Source of the DNA: Phyllosticta citribraziliensis
Taxonomy: Eukaryota
Reading direction: 5' to 3'
Assembly: GCF_038025025.1 (NCBI RefSeq)
Contig: NW_027117351.1
Location: forward strand, 310,001 to 374,000
DNA length: 64,000 nt
The position numbers and the translations under genes are program-made. This document shows, in pieces, positions 1 to 11,332 of the stretch (positions are counted from its first letter, which is position 1; each line of letters begins with the position of its first letter). The notes below the pieces were generated by a model. It did not search any database and was not told the DNA's origin. It saw only the letters and a program-made list of their open reading frames with translations.

Positions 1-1504
1 AACGTGTTCAGGACTTCGCGGGCGGTGAGGAGGAGTTCGTTGCACAGCTCAACGGGGGCTTTGAGGGATGCTTTGATTTCGCGATCCAGCTCCACGAATA
101 AGAGGTTGAATGAAGCCGTCATGAAGCGGGGTTCCAGGTCCAACCTGTGCCAGGGGATCGGGCGAGACGCATGGACCAGGTTCTGGATGAGTCGCAAGCC
201 TTCACTTGCAGCAGCGCGCAGGTAGTTGTTGGAGAGTCCAATCTTAACGAGGCCAACAAGATCCTCGAGCTGGTCCAGTCCATTGATGAAATCCTGCAGG
301 ACAACTCCGGAACAAGCTGGGACGTCTCCGTCCAAGAGGTTCTTAACCAAAGCCCAGAACGGGACATCTTCCGAGCATTTGAAAAAGTTGGCCAAATTCT
401 TCATGTGGATTGGCGATACGAGGAGAGAAGTCTTGTTGAAAGAGGAGCCGGTTTCCTTCAAGTAGTCCAGCTCGGCGCGTATTATTTGTGCGGCGCATGT
501 GCTGTAAGCTCCCCACAAGTGAGTCAGGGCCACGTCTTCCGTTTCGTTCCTGGCCAGGTGGAACGATTCACCATACGGGACTTGTCGGTTAAGGATGCAC
601 TTGAACATTTTGCCAATGCACTCCCACGAAGAGGCCTCTTCGAGGTAGGCGGCTTGAGGGCTCACCACCTCGAACTTGACCATTCTGGCGACATTGTGAA
701 GCCAGCGTGTGATTAGCGTCAGCTCACCCTCGCTGTTTGGGTTCTGCACTGCAAGCAAGTCAGTATGCGCTCACCGGATCATGTTTTGAACGACTTACAT
801 GGCTTGGCAACGGCCTTGGAGATGACGACAATGGCAGCTTCCCGGCCATGCTCAAGCGCCCAAGGAAACTTGTCAAAGACATTCTCAGCCACCTGCTCGT
901 CATCATCGTCATCAGGAATCTCAACAATATTGTCCTGGTGGTCCTCCATGTCTTGGTCGTCATCGACGTCGATCTCAACGACGGCGGGCGAATGCGCAGA
1001 AGAGGTGGGGGAGTCGCCGGGACCAGCGGTGGTAGAGGGCGAGTCGGGCTTGGTCTTGGGAGAGGGTTGGAGGGGCGAGGAGAGCAGAGTGCCGCTCGAA
1101 TCGGTGTCGTGGTCGGCGTCCATGGCGTGGTCCAAGGAAGCAGAAGCGGCGGGGTGGGAGGAAGGCGCGCAATCGTTGGGAGGGGTAGATTGCTGGGGAG
1201 TGCGGACGTTGATTGTCATGCGGCTTGGAGTGTGTGGAGCGTGGGCGCCGTTGGCGGTGGTTTGCTCGTCGTCGTCGTTGTTGGGAGTGGTGGGCGCGGC
1301 GGCGTCTGAGAGGTCCAGCCTTGCGGCTTCGTCGTCGCTGTCGACGCTGGCCGACATGTTGCGGACTGCGCGGCTACCGCTGTCCAGGCGGGGTCGCTTG
1401 AATCTACCGGGGGAGGAGTTTGTGTCTTCCATAGAGTCGCGGCGTTCTTGTGTAGACTCCAGGGTCGGTGGCGGAGGGGTTTGCCTTAGGCTGGGAGAAT
1501 CCAT
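1..1504 (-). CDS. Large ubiquitin C-terminal hydrolase, USP34-like (N-terminal part only; runs off left edge)
   Basis: ATG at 1504 (MDSPSLRQ...KRPRLDSGS...SRMTINVR). Intron 749-798 (GTAAGT...ACTGAC...GCAG), after which the frame stays open toward position 1. The N-terminus resembles fungal USP34-like proteins from memory; the catalytic domain is not in the window. Confidence 0.6.
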
Positions 1505-1987
1505 AACATGGTGGATCTGGAGCTGTGAAGTCAGCAGCGGACGACGAGGGCGAGCAGCAAGCGCAGGAGCTGCAGAGAAGGGGTGGGGACGTGGAAGAGA
1601 GGGTGAGCGGCGGGCGGGCGTACGTGAAGCTGTGACAGGGTACAGTACGCACGGTTGCCTGCAATTGAATTTGAGCGGGTTCGCAGGGAGGAGAGGCGCA
1701 AGTGGTAGCGGCGGGGAGAAGAGGCTAGCTGGTGCAGCAGCAGGACAAAGGCCGTGTGGTGTGGGCAGGGCGGATTGGGCGAGGTGGTTGTGGACGATTG
1801 TCGAATCTATCATGCAGAGCGGTGGGTGCGGTGGGTTGTGTTGAACGCGTCTGTCCGCGGGGGAAAGTAAATCAGTGCGGGAGCGGGCGCTGTGCTGCTC
1901 TCCGCTGCTCTTCGCCTTCACGTCCGTTGGCGCCGCCCGCCTGCCCTGCATCAACGACGTCACAAAACACCACGGCTCAAGAACGCC

Positions 1988-2901
1988 ATGGTCGTCCACA
2001 AGCTCGATTCCCCCTACACTGCCACCAAATGGTTTGTCTTGCCGTCGTCTATGTCTCTGGCTGGGCGACGCGACTGATTGGGCCACATTCCAAGGCCGCA
2101 TGTTCCTCCAGCCGACCATGATATCATGCTCGATATGCTGCTCAGGTACGTCTTCATCTTCTCATTGGCTGCGGGCCTCCTTTTCCAGATTGCCACTGTA
2201 TCACGGCCCCTGTTTTTGAAGCACAAAAGAAACACCCCGGCGGCCGGCCCCTGCCCCTCTGCCCGACCTTTTGTTTTGCCACGAGCAAGAGAACATTAAA
2301 ATGTTGCTGACTGCGCAGCCTGCTGTCGCCCATTGCCCGCTATCGCACCCATCACATTACACCGTCAAAGGGCAAACGGGACAAGAAGCGCAAGAGGCGC
2401 CAGAGCCAGAGCCAGTCTGACCCGCCGCCACCACCACCGGCGCCCGCCATTGCCAACCACATCACCGTCGGCCTCAACAGCACCACGCGCCATCTCGAGC
2501 GCTTGGTCGCAAACGAGGACGGCGCCAGCGCTCTCCCCACCATGCCGCTCATCTTTACCTCGCAAAGCCCCTCGTCGCCGGTAGTCTCTCATCTGCCCCT
2601 CCTGTCTTCCGCCGCATCTCGCTCTCTGCCCCCCTCTCAGGCCACGCGCATCGTCCCGCTAAATCCCAACGTCGAGCCAAAGCTGGCTGCCGCCCTGGGG
2701 CTGCCGCGCGTGGGCGTGATTGGCATCAAAGCAGACGCACCAGGCGCCGCGCCGCTCATCGAGTACGCCCAGAGCAAGCTGGCAGCAGCAGAGGCGCCGT
2801 GGTTGCGAGAGGCGCGCGCCGCAGAGTACAAGCCCGTCAACATTCTGACCGTTGACCAGCCCCACGGACCAAAGGGCGACGCAAAGAAGAAGCCTTCCTA
2901 G
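1988..2901 (+). CDS. POP3: RNase P/MRP subunit Pop3-like protein
   Basis: Exons 1988-2031, 2095-2145, 2319-2901 splice to MVVHKLDSPYTATKWP...LLSPIARYR...SKGKRDKKRK...ITVGLNSTTRHLE...SHLPLL...LAAALGLPRVGVIGI, the typical Pezizomycotina Pop3 (L7Ae-like) motifs. Confidence 0.85.
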
Positions 2902-3339
2902 GAGTAGCAGAGACGCTAGCCATGGAACCAGCGAGCCAACGGCCAGCCAGCGACGGAAGAAATCAATCAACTCTTCCCCGTCACATGTAAATAACTTGCG
3001 AAATGACTCTTATCCTTCCCCTCGGGAAACCCAAAATAGCAAAAGAGACGACGCGACCAACGGCGCAACAGCACCACGCAGCGCGCTCCCCGGACGGCCC
3101 GCCGCCCGCTGCCGGGAGAGGCGGGGCGGAGCCTCAGAAAGCTAACGAGCCATCGAATGAGTAAGGTGGACCGGGAAGCCGCGTGTAACGGCCGCGCGTG
3201 AGGGTAGGGGAGGGCGCGGCAACGCAAGGTTTCAAGGCTGGCGGTGCCCCGCGTCGAGCAAAACAACAGCTTTTGTTCCTAGGGCTTGTTCGGTACGGAC
3301 GTAGCCGACGCCTCCAAGTGAGAAGAAGCTTTTTGATTC

Positions 3340-4012
3340 CTAGCCATCGCCTCGAGGTATGAAATTGCGAATGGAAGTAAACGCGACGAGCAAGCAGCCG
3401 CAAAACTTTGGTGATGGGGATACCACAGGAGCATGCGACTGGGTATGTACGCTGCCGTAGCGGTACGACCATGAGTCACTTCCATCATCCATCCCCAGAC
3501 CTCGTGCCCGCACCGCGCATCCATGCAAGCCAGCCTGCACCGCACCGCCACACAATCTCAACGTCCTTCCTTTCCAATAACCGTTGCTTTCCCACTCCTC
3601 TCCTCCCCCTTCCTTGCAACCACTGGCAATCAGCACAGACCAAACGACCGTCAAAAAGAAAACAATGTAAATGACAGTTCCCTAAATTCGCTACCGAACC
3701 CAGAATGCGACGACAAGCTTCGGCTCCTCTTCCTACCTTACCGTGACGTGACGGCTGTAGCTTCTACTTACTTCATTGCATGGTTGGTTGGTTGAACCTA
3801 AAAGTTGTGTCATGTCAGCTAGTCCGCGACGCCTATCCCGCTGTCACTGTCGCTGTTGCTGTCGCTGTCAGCCTTAGTTTCTTCCCATCCTCCTGATGTA
3901 GAGTTGACAGGCAGGCAGATCCGCGTGTCATAGGATCAAATGACATGAACTGCCTACATATCTTTGTACTTACCACGCATGCACAGCGCGACGCCATACT
4001 CAATGCAGTCAT
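3340..4012 (-). other. Candidate cryptic spliced transcript (orphan 115-aa ORF or lncRNA)
   Basis: Two consensus introns (3798-3973 and 3623-3771, both GTAAGT donors with GCTGAY branch sites) join exons 4012-3974, 3797-3772 and 3622-3340 into one open frame. No recognisable homology. Confidence 0.35.
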
Positions 4013-5075
4013 GGTGCGATCTTCTCTCGCAGGATAGCAGTTGCATCTCACGTGAACAATCAATCGAACAAGATACGTCAACAAGTTCAATTATCAAAAC
4101 AAAATACGCCTACATTATCAAACACTTCAGAATCCCAAGAGAGAAGAGAGAGAGAAACTTGTGTGGTTGTTTTCCACGCACCAGAGCTCTGCTCGGTTGG
4201 AGGTTGGAGAGAAGGGACGAATAGTGTATGAAACAGGAACAGATGGAAAGGGGAGGGCGCTGGGTGGGTGAGGTAACCAGGTGTGCTGAAGAAATTGAAG
4301 GTGGTATGTATAGAGGTGAGGAAGGAAGCAGTCAACCGACCGATTGAGGTGAAGAAGAAGGAGAAGCAGAAGAAGCTGGGGCAAGAAAGAAAAAAAGAAA
4401 GAAATAGAGAGTGCATGGAGGGAGGGCAGAGCAGTTCAGGCACATACAGCCAGACGGACGCACATCGTCGTCCATCATCCACACTGTGCTAACCCAACTC
4501 CAGCAGTCCTCGACTTCGACCAATGGGCACATCTGGGTTTGTGGGACGCTAGGCCAAACAAATGAGCGTGGTGAACCAAGCCAGGGCGCAGCAGCAGACG
4601 CAGAGAGAAGAAGCTCGATTCGACCTGACGGAAAGTGCAACGCTGTCTGGCTCGCGTGCGCCCATGCGTGCAAGCAGGAAGGGACAGAGCGTTCCTTCCA
4701 TTCGTCGTCGGCGTGGACAATGGCATGGCATGCACCCCTGCCCTCACGGCGTTGTGGAAAACCTAGATCGATCGAGAGCCGTTCCTTGATAAGGTACCAG
4801 GAAGGTGGCGAGGGGCAGGCACCGAGGGCAGCCAGAGTGTTTGTTTGTCCTTGCCAGGGCAGCCAGGCAGCCAGGAGACAAGAGCAAGAGACCCAACATG
4901 AGGTAGGCGGCTTTCTCTCCACATAAACGCTGCTCTTCATCCGTCGTCCACCGACCAACGCCTCGAACAGATGGCCGCTTGCAATCACTTTTGCTGCTGC
5001 TGCTGCTGCGGCAACAGACATCTTGAAGAGGAATTCAAACTCGAATTCTTGGTCAAGGCAAGTCTCAAGCCGTGG

Positions 5076-5113
5076 CGCATCGCATCGCATCGCATCGCAT
5101 CGCATCGCATCGC
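5076..5113. repeat. (CGCAT)7 pentanucleotide microsatellite
   Basis: Direct read of the sequence. Confidence 0.95.
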
Positions 5114-5964
5114 TCTGCCTCTGACCACTCACTCTCCACGCAACAAAGGAGCAAGAGCAAGCCAGCGCCACAGCCACAACCGCAGCCACAGACGCAAACA
5201 ATACGCAAGCGCAAGCGAGCACCGTCGGCAAGAAAAGCCCGCAGGCGCATAGCTTGTTGGTTGTGTGGTCGCCTACACCCGCGCTAGACAGCGCGGGAGT
5301 AACGCCGCCGCGACCCAGAGTCTGGCGCCCGCCCTTTGCACATTCAAGGGGCGACGATGGATGGCAGCAGTGCGGGGAAAAGAGGTTTGTTTATTGGATT
5401 GATTGATTGTTTGACTGATTGTTTGTTTGGCAACAGGGAGAACAGAATGAGCAAGAAAGAAAGAAAGAGTGGTGGCGCTCCAGAGCGCAGCACACAGTAG
5501 TGGTGGTGGTGAAAGTAGTAGTAGCAGTAGGTAATTTAATGTAGGTTGGTTTCTGAAGGATGTTGTGTCGTCTATGAGAATGGTATCGTTTGTTGGTGGG
5601 TCGTGATGGTTTAGAATGTAGGTGGGTCCGGTCCGCATAAGGTGTCAAAAGCTGTAGGTGGGGATTTCCAACGCCGTGTTCCGTATTCCGTTACCCAGGT
5701 GTTTCTTTTGTGTTGTGTTTTTTCAGCACGCTTTTGGTTCTGTTCGTCATTCAAAGATTTGCTGTCGTCGTCGTCGATCGCAGACCAGGAGAAGCTTGGT
5801 CGACCTCCAGAAACGTAGCGCTAGTTACGACGGCGCCTGCGCTTGAGTGAGGCACTATTCCCAATCGGAATGCTCCCACTGGCGCTACCCACACGTCCGT
5901 CGTGGTCAACCAAGACCTCACTGCCTCCGAATCGACACAACGCTTGGATCGAATGACAGAATGT

Positions 5965-6975
5965 CTAGACCACGCCGGCGGCGCCAAGCGGGGGGCCCGC
6001 CTTCTCAGCCAGGAGGACCTCGTCCTCGAGCGCAACAATGTCGCGCTTGCGGTCCGCCCACCAGACCTCAAACTCGCGAACGACGTCCGCGTCGGCGATG
6101 CTGCGCTTGCACTCGGTCCACTCGACGTCGACCCGGCGCGACGAGTGGCGCAGCCGCACCAGGCTGACGCAGCGCAGCTCCAGCAGCTCCGCCGCGTAGT
6201 ACTTCTCGTGCAGGTGGCAAGGCGGCGCGACGGGGTACGACGGGTGCAAGGCGAGCGGGGGCGACGAGGGCGTCATCACCGCCGGCAGTGACTGGGGGCC
6301 CGCGATGGGCGAGCACGGCGTGTCGTCGATGAAGCCGTCGTTCAGTGACGTGGTGCGGAGGCGAGCCGTGGAGAGGGCGCTTTCGGGAAGTTTCGTCGCG
6401 TTGGGAATGGCAATGGGGTGCATTTGAGTGGGAAGCGTGAGAGGCGTGTTGATGCCCGAGTCCAATGGAGTGTCTGCCTCATGGGCACGGCGAGGGCCGT
6501 CTGGGGACAGAGGCGGTGTTGAGAGTGGAGAGGCAACCGAGTCGTGACGGGCACGCGCACGCTTGGTCCCTTCAGGGTCCGCTCCGTTGATGACCTGAGA
6601 AATTTGCTCAATTGATGGTGCCTGGCCATTTCGGTCCAGGTCGAGCAGTTTGTCAAGCAGCGTCGTCCGAATTTCTTCGATCCGATCTAGTCCAGTCTGA
6701 ACGGCTGCGCCAGCATGTTGGACGCTGACAAGAGGAGAAGTCAACTGCTGTGGCAGCTGCTCCCAGAGATGCTGTGGCATCATCCATCGCTGGAGATGCT
6801 TCGGGTCGTAGCTGAATGCGTCGACGTCTTTGGGACAGTGAGTGCGAGGAGCAGAGACGCCGGGTCCGCTGCTGACCGGGGCTTTTTTGAACGATGGACG
6901 GCGCATCTGGTGACGAGGCGGTGAGCCGCCGATGGCGGTGGAGTATGATGCCTTTGCCGTGGCGGTGATGGCCAT
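5965..6975 (-). CDS. Hypothetical fungal protein (336 aa, single exon)
   Basis: Long ORF with good start context (AAAATGG) and coding-like codon usage. Folded-looking N- and C-terminal blocks (FSYDPKHLQRW...; YYAAEL...RLRH...FEVWW) flank a Ser/Pro-rich middle. Confidence 0.8.
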   Translation of the reverse strand: MAITATAKASYSTAIGGSPPRHQMRRPSFKKAPVSSGPGVSAPRTHCPKDVDAFSYDPKHLQRWMMPQHLWEQLPQQLTSPLVSVQHAGAAVQTGLDRIEEIRTTLLDKLLDLDRNGQAPSIEQISQVINGADPEGTKRARARHDSVASPLSTPPLSPDGPRRAHEADTPLDSGINTPLTLPTQMHPIAIPNATKLPESALSTARLRTTSLNDGFIDDTPCSPIAGPQSLPAVMTPSSPPLALHPSYPVAPPCHLHEKYYAAELLELRCVSLVRLRHSSRRVDVEWTECKRSIADADVVREFEVWWADRKRDIVALEDEVLLAEKAGPPLGAAGVV

Positions 6976-7656
6976 TTTGAAAGAGGTCTCAAAGGTACAA
7001 AGGAAAGGAATCGAAGAAGATGTCTAGGTCAACCAGTATTGTCACCGTCCCACGCGCGAGTGAATCCGGTCAGAAACAATGGGCCGTCAGATGTCTGAAG
7101 CCAGGTGAGCGGAAACGATGAATTGAAGAATTGCGGGTTGGATGGATGGAGGGATAAATAGATTCGGGTCAGGTTGTAGGGTAGCAGCGGTCGAGTCCCT
7201 GCAGTGGGGAAGAAGGACCGTGAGTTGCGGGGCAGGGTCGGGCATACAAATATGTGCCTAGCACCGTACACGGCATCTGATCAGAGGGTCGTCATTCAAA
7301 GAATAACATGGACGAAGCGGCGTCACGGTGGCATCCACACATCATCGATGTGAACGGTCTTGGACCAGAATGCTGGAGAGCGGACGCAAGGTCTGGCAGG
7401 CATCCGGATGCGGCTAGGCAGGGCAGCGTGTGACGGCAGAGTCCAGAAAGCTCGAGAAGGGCAAATGGGGCTTGCGGGCCGACAGCTAGGACGGTTCCCC
7501 AGCCATCTGGCATTTTTTTGCGTGTGATCATGCAGGGGCCGAGCAGGTGTTGGGCGACGGGTGCACGTTGCAGCGTCGCACTCGATGAGGCTGACCTGGC
7601 TCGGAATTTGTCGGATCGGCTGTTTGCTTGGGCAGGGAGGGAGGGATGGACGAAAG

Positions 7657-7673
7657 AAAAAAAAAAAAAAAAA
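7657..7673. repeat. Poly(A) homopolymer, about 17 nt
   Basis: Direct read; lies upstream of the minus-strand hypothetical gene. Confidence 0.9.
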
Positions 7674-8050
7674 ATTACTGCACGTTTGGAGTTGCCAGGT
7701 CAGACAAAAGGAGGAATCGAGAAACAACATGAAAGAAGACGGACGACTCGAAGTGAAGAGAAGCGAACATGAAACAAGGATGGACCCAACAGGAGCTTCT
7801 GCAGCCAACCCTGTCGCCCGACAAGGCGCATTCTTGGTGACGATGCACGCATGCCACAGCCAAATACCTGCCGTGGACGGGAGCAGATTATTCTCGAAAA
7901 CCGCGCAAACAGTCAACCTCTCAGTGCCATCCATTGACGTCGTCTTCTAGCCCCTTGCGGTCCTGTCTCCGGTTGTCCACCTGTCACCATCCTTCTTTGC
8001 CCCGGTGGCGGCTGTGGCTCGACAAGCTCGGAACGGCATTCTGCTGGCCC

Positions 8051-8793
8051 TCAAGCATTCAACCTGCAGACAAACAAGGCCAATTGTCAGAACCAACACA
8101 TGTTGTATGCTGCATCACCACGTGAGTCGCATGGCAAACACCAGGCGACACTCACCTTTCGATAAGGTGAAGGCCGGACGCAGTCTCCACCACTCCGCTA
8201 ATCTCGCCGGGTTGCAGCGCAAACGCTGCGTCCTCAAACTCGCGCTGCATGTCACCCTTCTTAAAGAAGCCCCTGTTCATAACGGTCAGCGCACCCGCAC
8301 CGCAAACCGCTGATGGCATCCTCGACTCACAGGTCGCCTCCCTTGCGCGCGCTGGTGCAATCGGACTCGGTCGTGGCCAGCTCCGCCAAGGAGGTTTCGC
8401 CAGCCTTGATCCTCCGCTCGTACTCCTTGATTATCTCCATTGCCTCGTCCTTGGAGCGCGTAATCTTGTTCTCGCGCCAGCTCGAGGGTCTCCGGCTGCC
8501 CTCGTGCTTGACCAAGAGGTGGGCGGCGCGAATCGCATCACCGCCGCCGCTGCCCTGGGAGCTGGTGTCGGCCTTGGAGCTGTGATACGAGGCCATGAAG
8601 ACCTTGAGCTTTTCGGGGTCGGTGCCTTCAGGAGAATCCCATCGCGACTCGAGCGACGCCGTGTTGAAGTAGTAGGGGAGGCCCTTGGACTTGGAGGTGC
8701 GGACTTCCCACCCCGGCGGCAAACCAGTCTCGGCCTGCGTTGGTGTCAGCACAGGAGGTAGCGTTGGATCGTGAAGGCGAGACGGCGCACCAT
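8051..8793 (-). CDS. ESS1: Peptidyl-prolyl cis-trans isomerase Pin1/Ess1 (WW + parvulin domain)
   Basis: Exons 8793-8791 (ATG only), 8734-8331, 8272-8156, 8063-8051. WW domain LPPGWEVRTSKSKGLPYYFN...SRW, and parvulin motifs HLLVKH..SRRPSSWR, SDCTSARKGGDLGFF..GDMQREFEDAAF, SGLHLIER. Confidence 0.97.
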
Positions 8794-9716
8794 GTTGATT
8801 GAGTGATGGGTGAAGGCTTGGGACAAGGTAGCAACGGGTTGAAAGAAGCCGACGCGCTGGTTGTGAGAAGCGGAGGATGTGGGTGGAGTGGCGGCGTTGA
8901 TGTTTACCCCACTAGCGCCCGCCTGTGCTCGTCAGGACGTCGATCACACGGCACGTCACTCTGTGATGTCGACTCAGGACTCAGGACTCAGGCCTTTGCC
9001 TTCCTTATGCTTTTCTGACCTGAGCCTCCCGTCCCGTCTGCCGCTGAGGCGCTGTCACTTCTATTTTCCCTGCTCACGTCGACCTCGTCCCGTGTCCCTA
9101 CCGACGGCAGAGCCCGAGTCGGCGCTGGTCTGTGGCCTCAGCACATGGTAGACCGGACGACTTGGCGAATGCCTCAATTACCTTACTGTCTCTGAATTCA
9201 CACGGACAAGATGGCGTCAAGCCCGCAAAATTGCCTTGCCAACACTTGCCAATGACGCACTCGAATTCCGCCCAAGACGCCCTATAGTTGGGTAGCTACA
9301 ACACCCATACCACCAGCACCGCCGCCGCAAACATGACGTGTATTGCGTCGTATAGCCTGAATGAACCTGACGCAGCGGTAAAAGAGCCACCACAGTTGCA
9401 TGTTGAGAGGGAAAAAAAGTCGACGTCTGGCTGCGCCTTAGCAACAGACGCCTGATCGGGCTAGCGTCCTTGGTCGTTCATTGGGTGCGCGTGCGTTTCG
9501 GTCCTCTCACGCTACTCCTGTAACAAGTCCAACCAAGGCACTCTTCCTGTAACTGAAGCTGGGTACAGCTTGAGCTCGTCGAGTCGTCACTCTTTGTTTC
9601 GCCATTTCATTGCCTCAACAAAATGCTCTCCATGGCCGCTTTGCAGGTCATGTTGTGTTTTTCTATACATCAACCACGGTTACTTCCAGGTTCTCAACCA
9701 TCAAAGTCTCTAGACA

Positions 9717-10930
9717 ATGCTCTATTTACCATGGAGCAAGAAGCATGCATACAGTCCCCTCATCCCCGTAGACGAACCTACTACTCGCTACGCAGTGCGC
9801 ACGTTTAGACGCCGCTCCCTGATTCGACTTGTGCGCATACCGATGGCTATTGTGCTATTGCTATCGATCTTGTAAGTCTGCTGCAAAACAGGCCTACTTC
9901 TTCTTGAACGTGTCCTGACGCGATTAAGCAGCCTATTGTTCCTCTTTCCGCAAGAAGGCCACGGGAAAAAGAAGCAGTGGCTGGACACTGTGGGCAACTG
10001 GAGAAGCCCTGTATATGGAGTCGAGCCCATACCGTGCCATTCTCATAGTGAGTCTAAAAAAGCAAGCCGCCCTGAGGCATCCAAGACTCACCTAATCCAG
10101 ATGACTACTTGCGTTCACCTCCTCTATTTGCTGCTCTAGGCACAGGGTGTGTCAGCGTCGAGACAGACATTTATTTCGATGGACAAGAGCTTTACGTTTC
10201 ACATTACGAAGAAGATCGCACGCAGAACGCAACTCTATCCAAATTGTACATTGAGCCGCTCACGGAAATCCTGAAGGCTGCGAATTCTGGTGGAGGCGAT
10301 GGCGCCAATAGACCACAAGCAGGCGTGTTTGGCGCAGCTCCATCGCAATCTCTCGTCTTGGTCATTGACTTCAAGACTTCCGCGAGCGAGGCATGGCCAC
10401 ATGTCAACGAGGCTCTGGAACCGCTCCGCCAACGTGGATGGCTTGAGCACTGGAACGGCACAAATCGTGTTCCCGGCCCCGTGACAGTCGTCGGCTCAGG
10501 CGGCGTGTCTTACAAGTTGGTCACTGCCAACAATACATACCGAGACATCTTTCTCGACGCTCCGTTGGATTCTCTCAAAGACAAGTCCGACTTGAAGAAG
10601 AAGTCAATGTTCAAGTACAATCCTTCCAACTCGCACTACGCGTCGGCGAAGCTGGACAAAGCGACGGGGATTGATATCACATGGATCGGCTTCAGAAACA
10701 AGGCTGGCATCAGAAAATTGAGGACACAAATCCATGAGGCCACGGACAGGGGTCTATTGCCACGGTATTGGGGCACTCCAGGCAGACCGCGCCTGTTCCG
10801 GAAAACTCTTTGGCAGGTGCTAATTCGGGAGGGTGTTGGGGTGCTGAACGTGGATGATTTGGCAGCTGTGAGAGAGCTGCGCTGGACGCTTCCTTGGAAA
10901 GAGCCGGCTGCTGTAACTTCGCAGCAGTGA
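9717..10930 (+). CDS. AIM6: Aim6-family PLC-like phosphodiesterase-fold protein
   Basis: Two introns (about 9872-9930 and 10048-10100) give an N-terminal hydrophobic anchor, then PIPCHSHNDY...GCVSVETDI...LYIEPL...LVLVIDFKT...RYWGTP...LNVDDL. Confidence 0.85.
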
Positions 10931-11332
10931 TAGGCAAAATGGAAATTCGAAGTGTTGCTGAATTGCCTTACTAGTCCAGGGGCTGGTTGTTTTGTGCATG
11001 TGACGATGGTCTGGGTCATGGCTGGTCTTGAAATGTGGCGTCATGGCAGATCTCATGACGGTCAACGTGACTTTTTGAGGGCGTGGGCAGATGACGCTGT
11101 GACTGAGACGCGAAAACCAAAGGTTGGTGAAGTCTTCTGGTTCGGAAAGTGGCGGGGGGCATGCAGCGGTTTGTCTTTGGACTGTGCGCCAAGCCAATCG
11201 CTCTCCCGGTCCCCGACTCCCGCCGCTCCATAACCAACACGACCTCTTGAACCTTACACCACACACCTTTCGACGAACAACACCCACCCACCGTCTCTTC
11301 ACGCCACTCGCCTCTCACATCTCCAACTCGCC

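Noticed and set aside
2960..3500. GC-rich hairpins next to POP3 as telomerase RNA or RNase P/MRP RNA
   Set aside because: I found no TAACCCTAA-type template and no recognisable P4/CR-I or CR-V motifs on either strand; short hairpins are expected at this GC content.
4332..5287. ORFs of 170-300 aa across microsatellite-rich DNA (also 30608-31513, 38595-39323)
   Set aside because: They translate simple repeats (MRCDA, RIASH, poly-H/W), with no codon bias or domain content.
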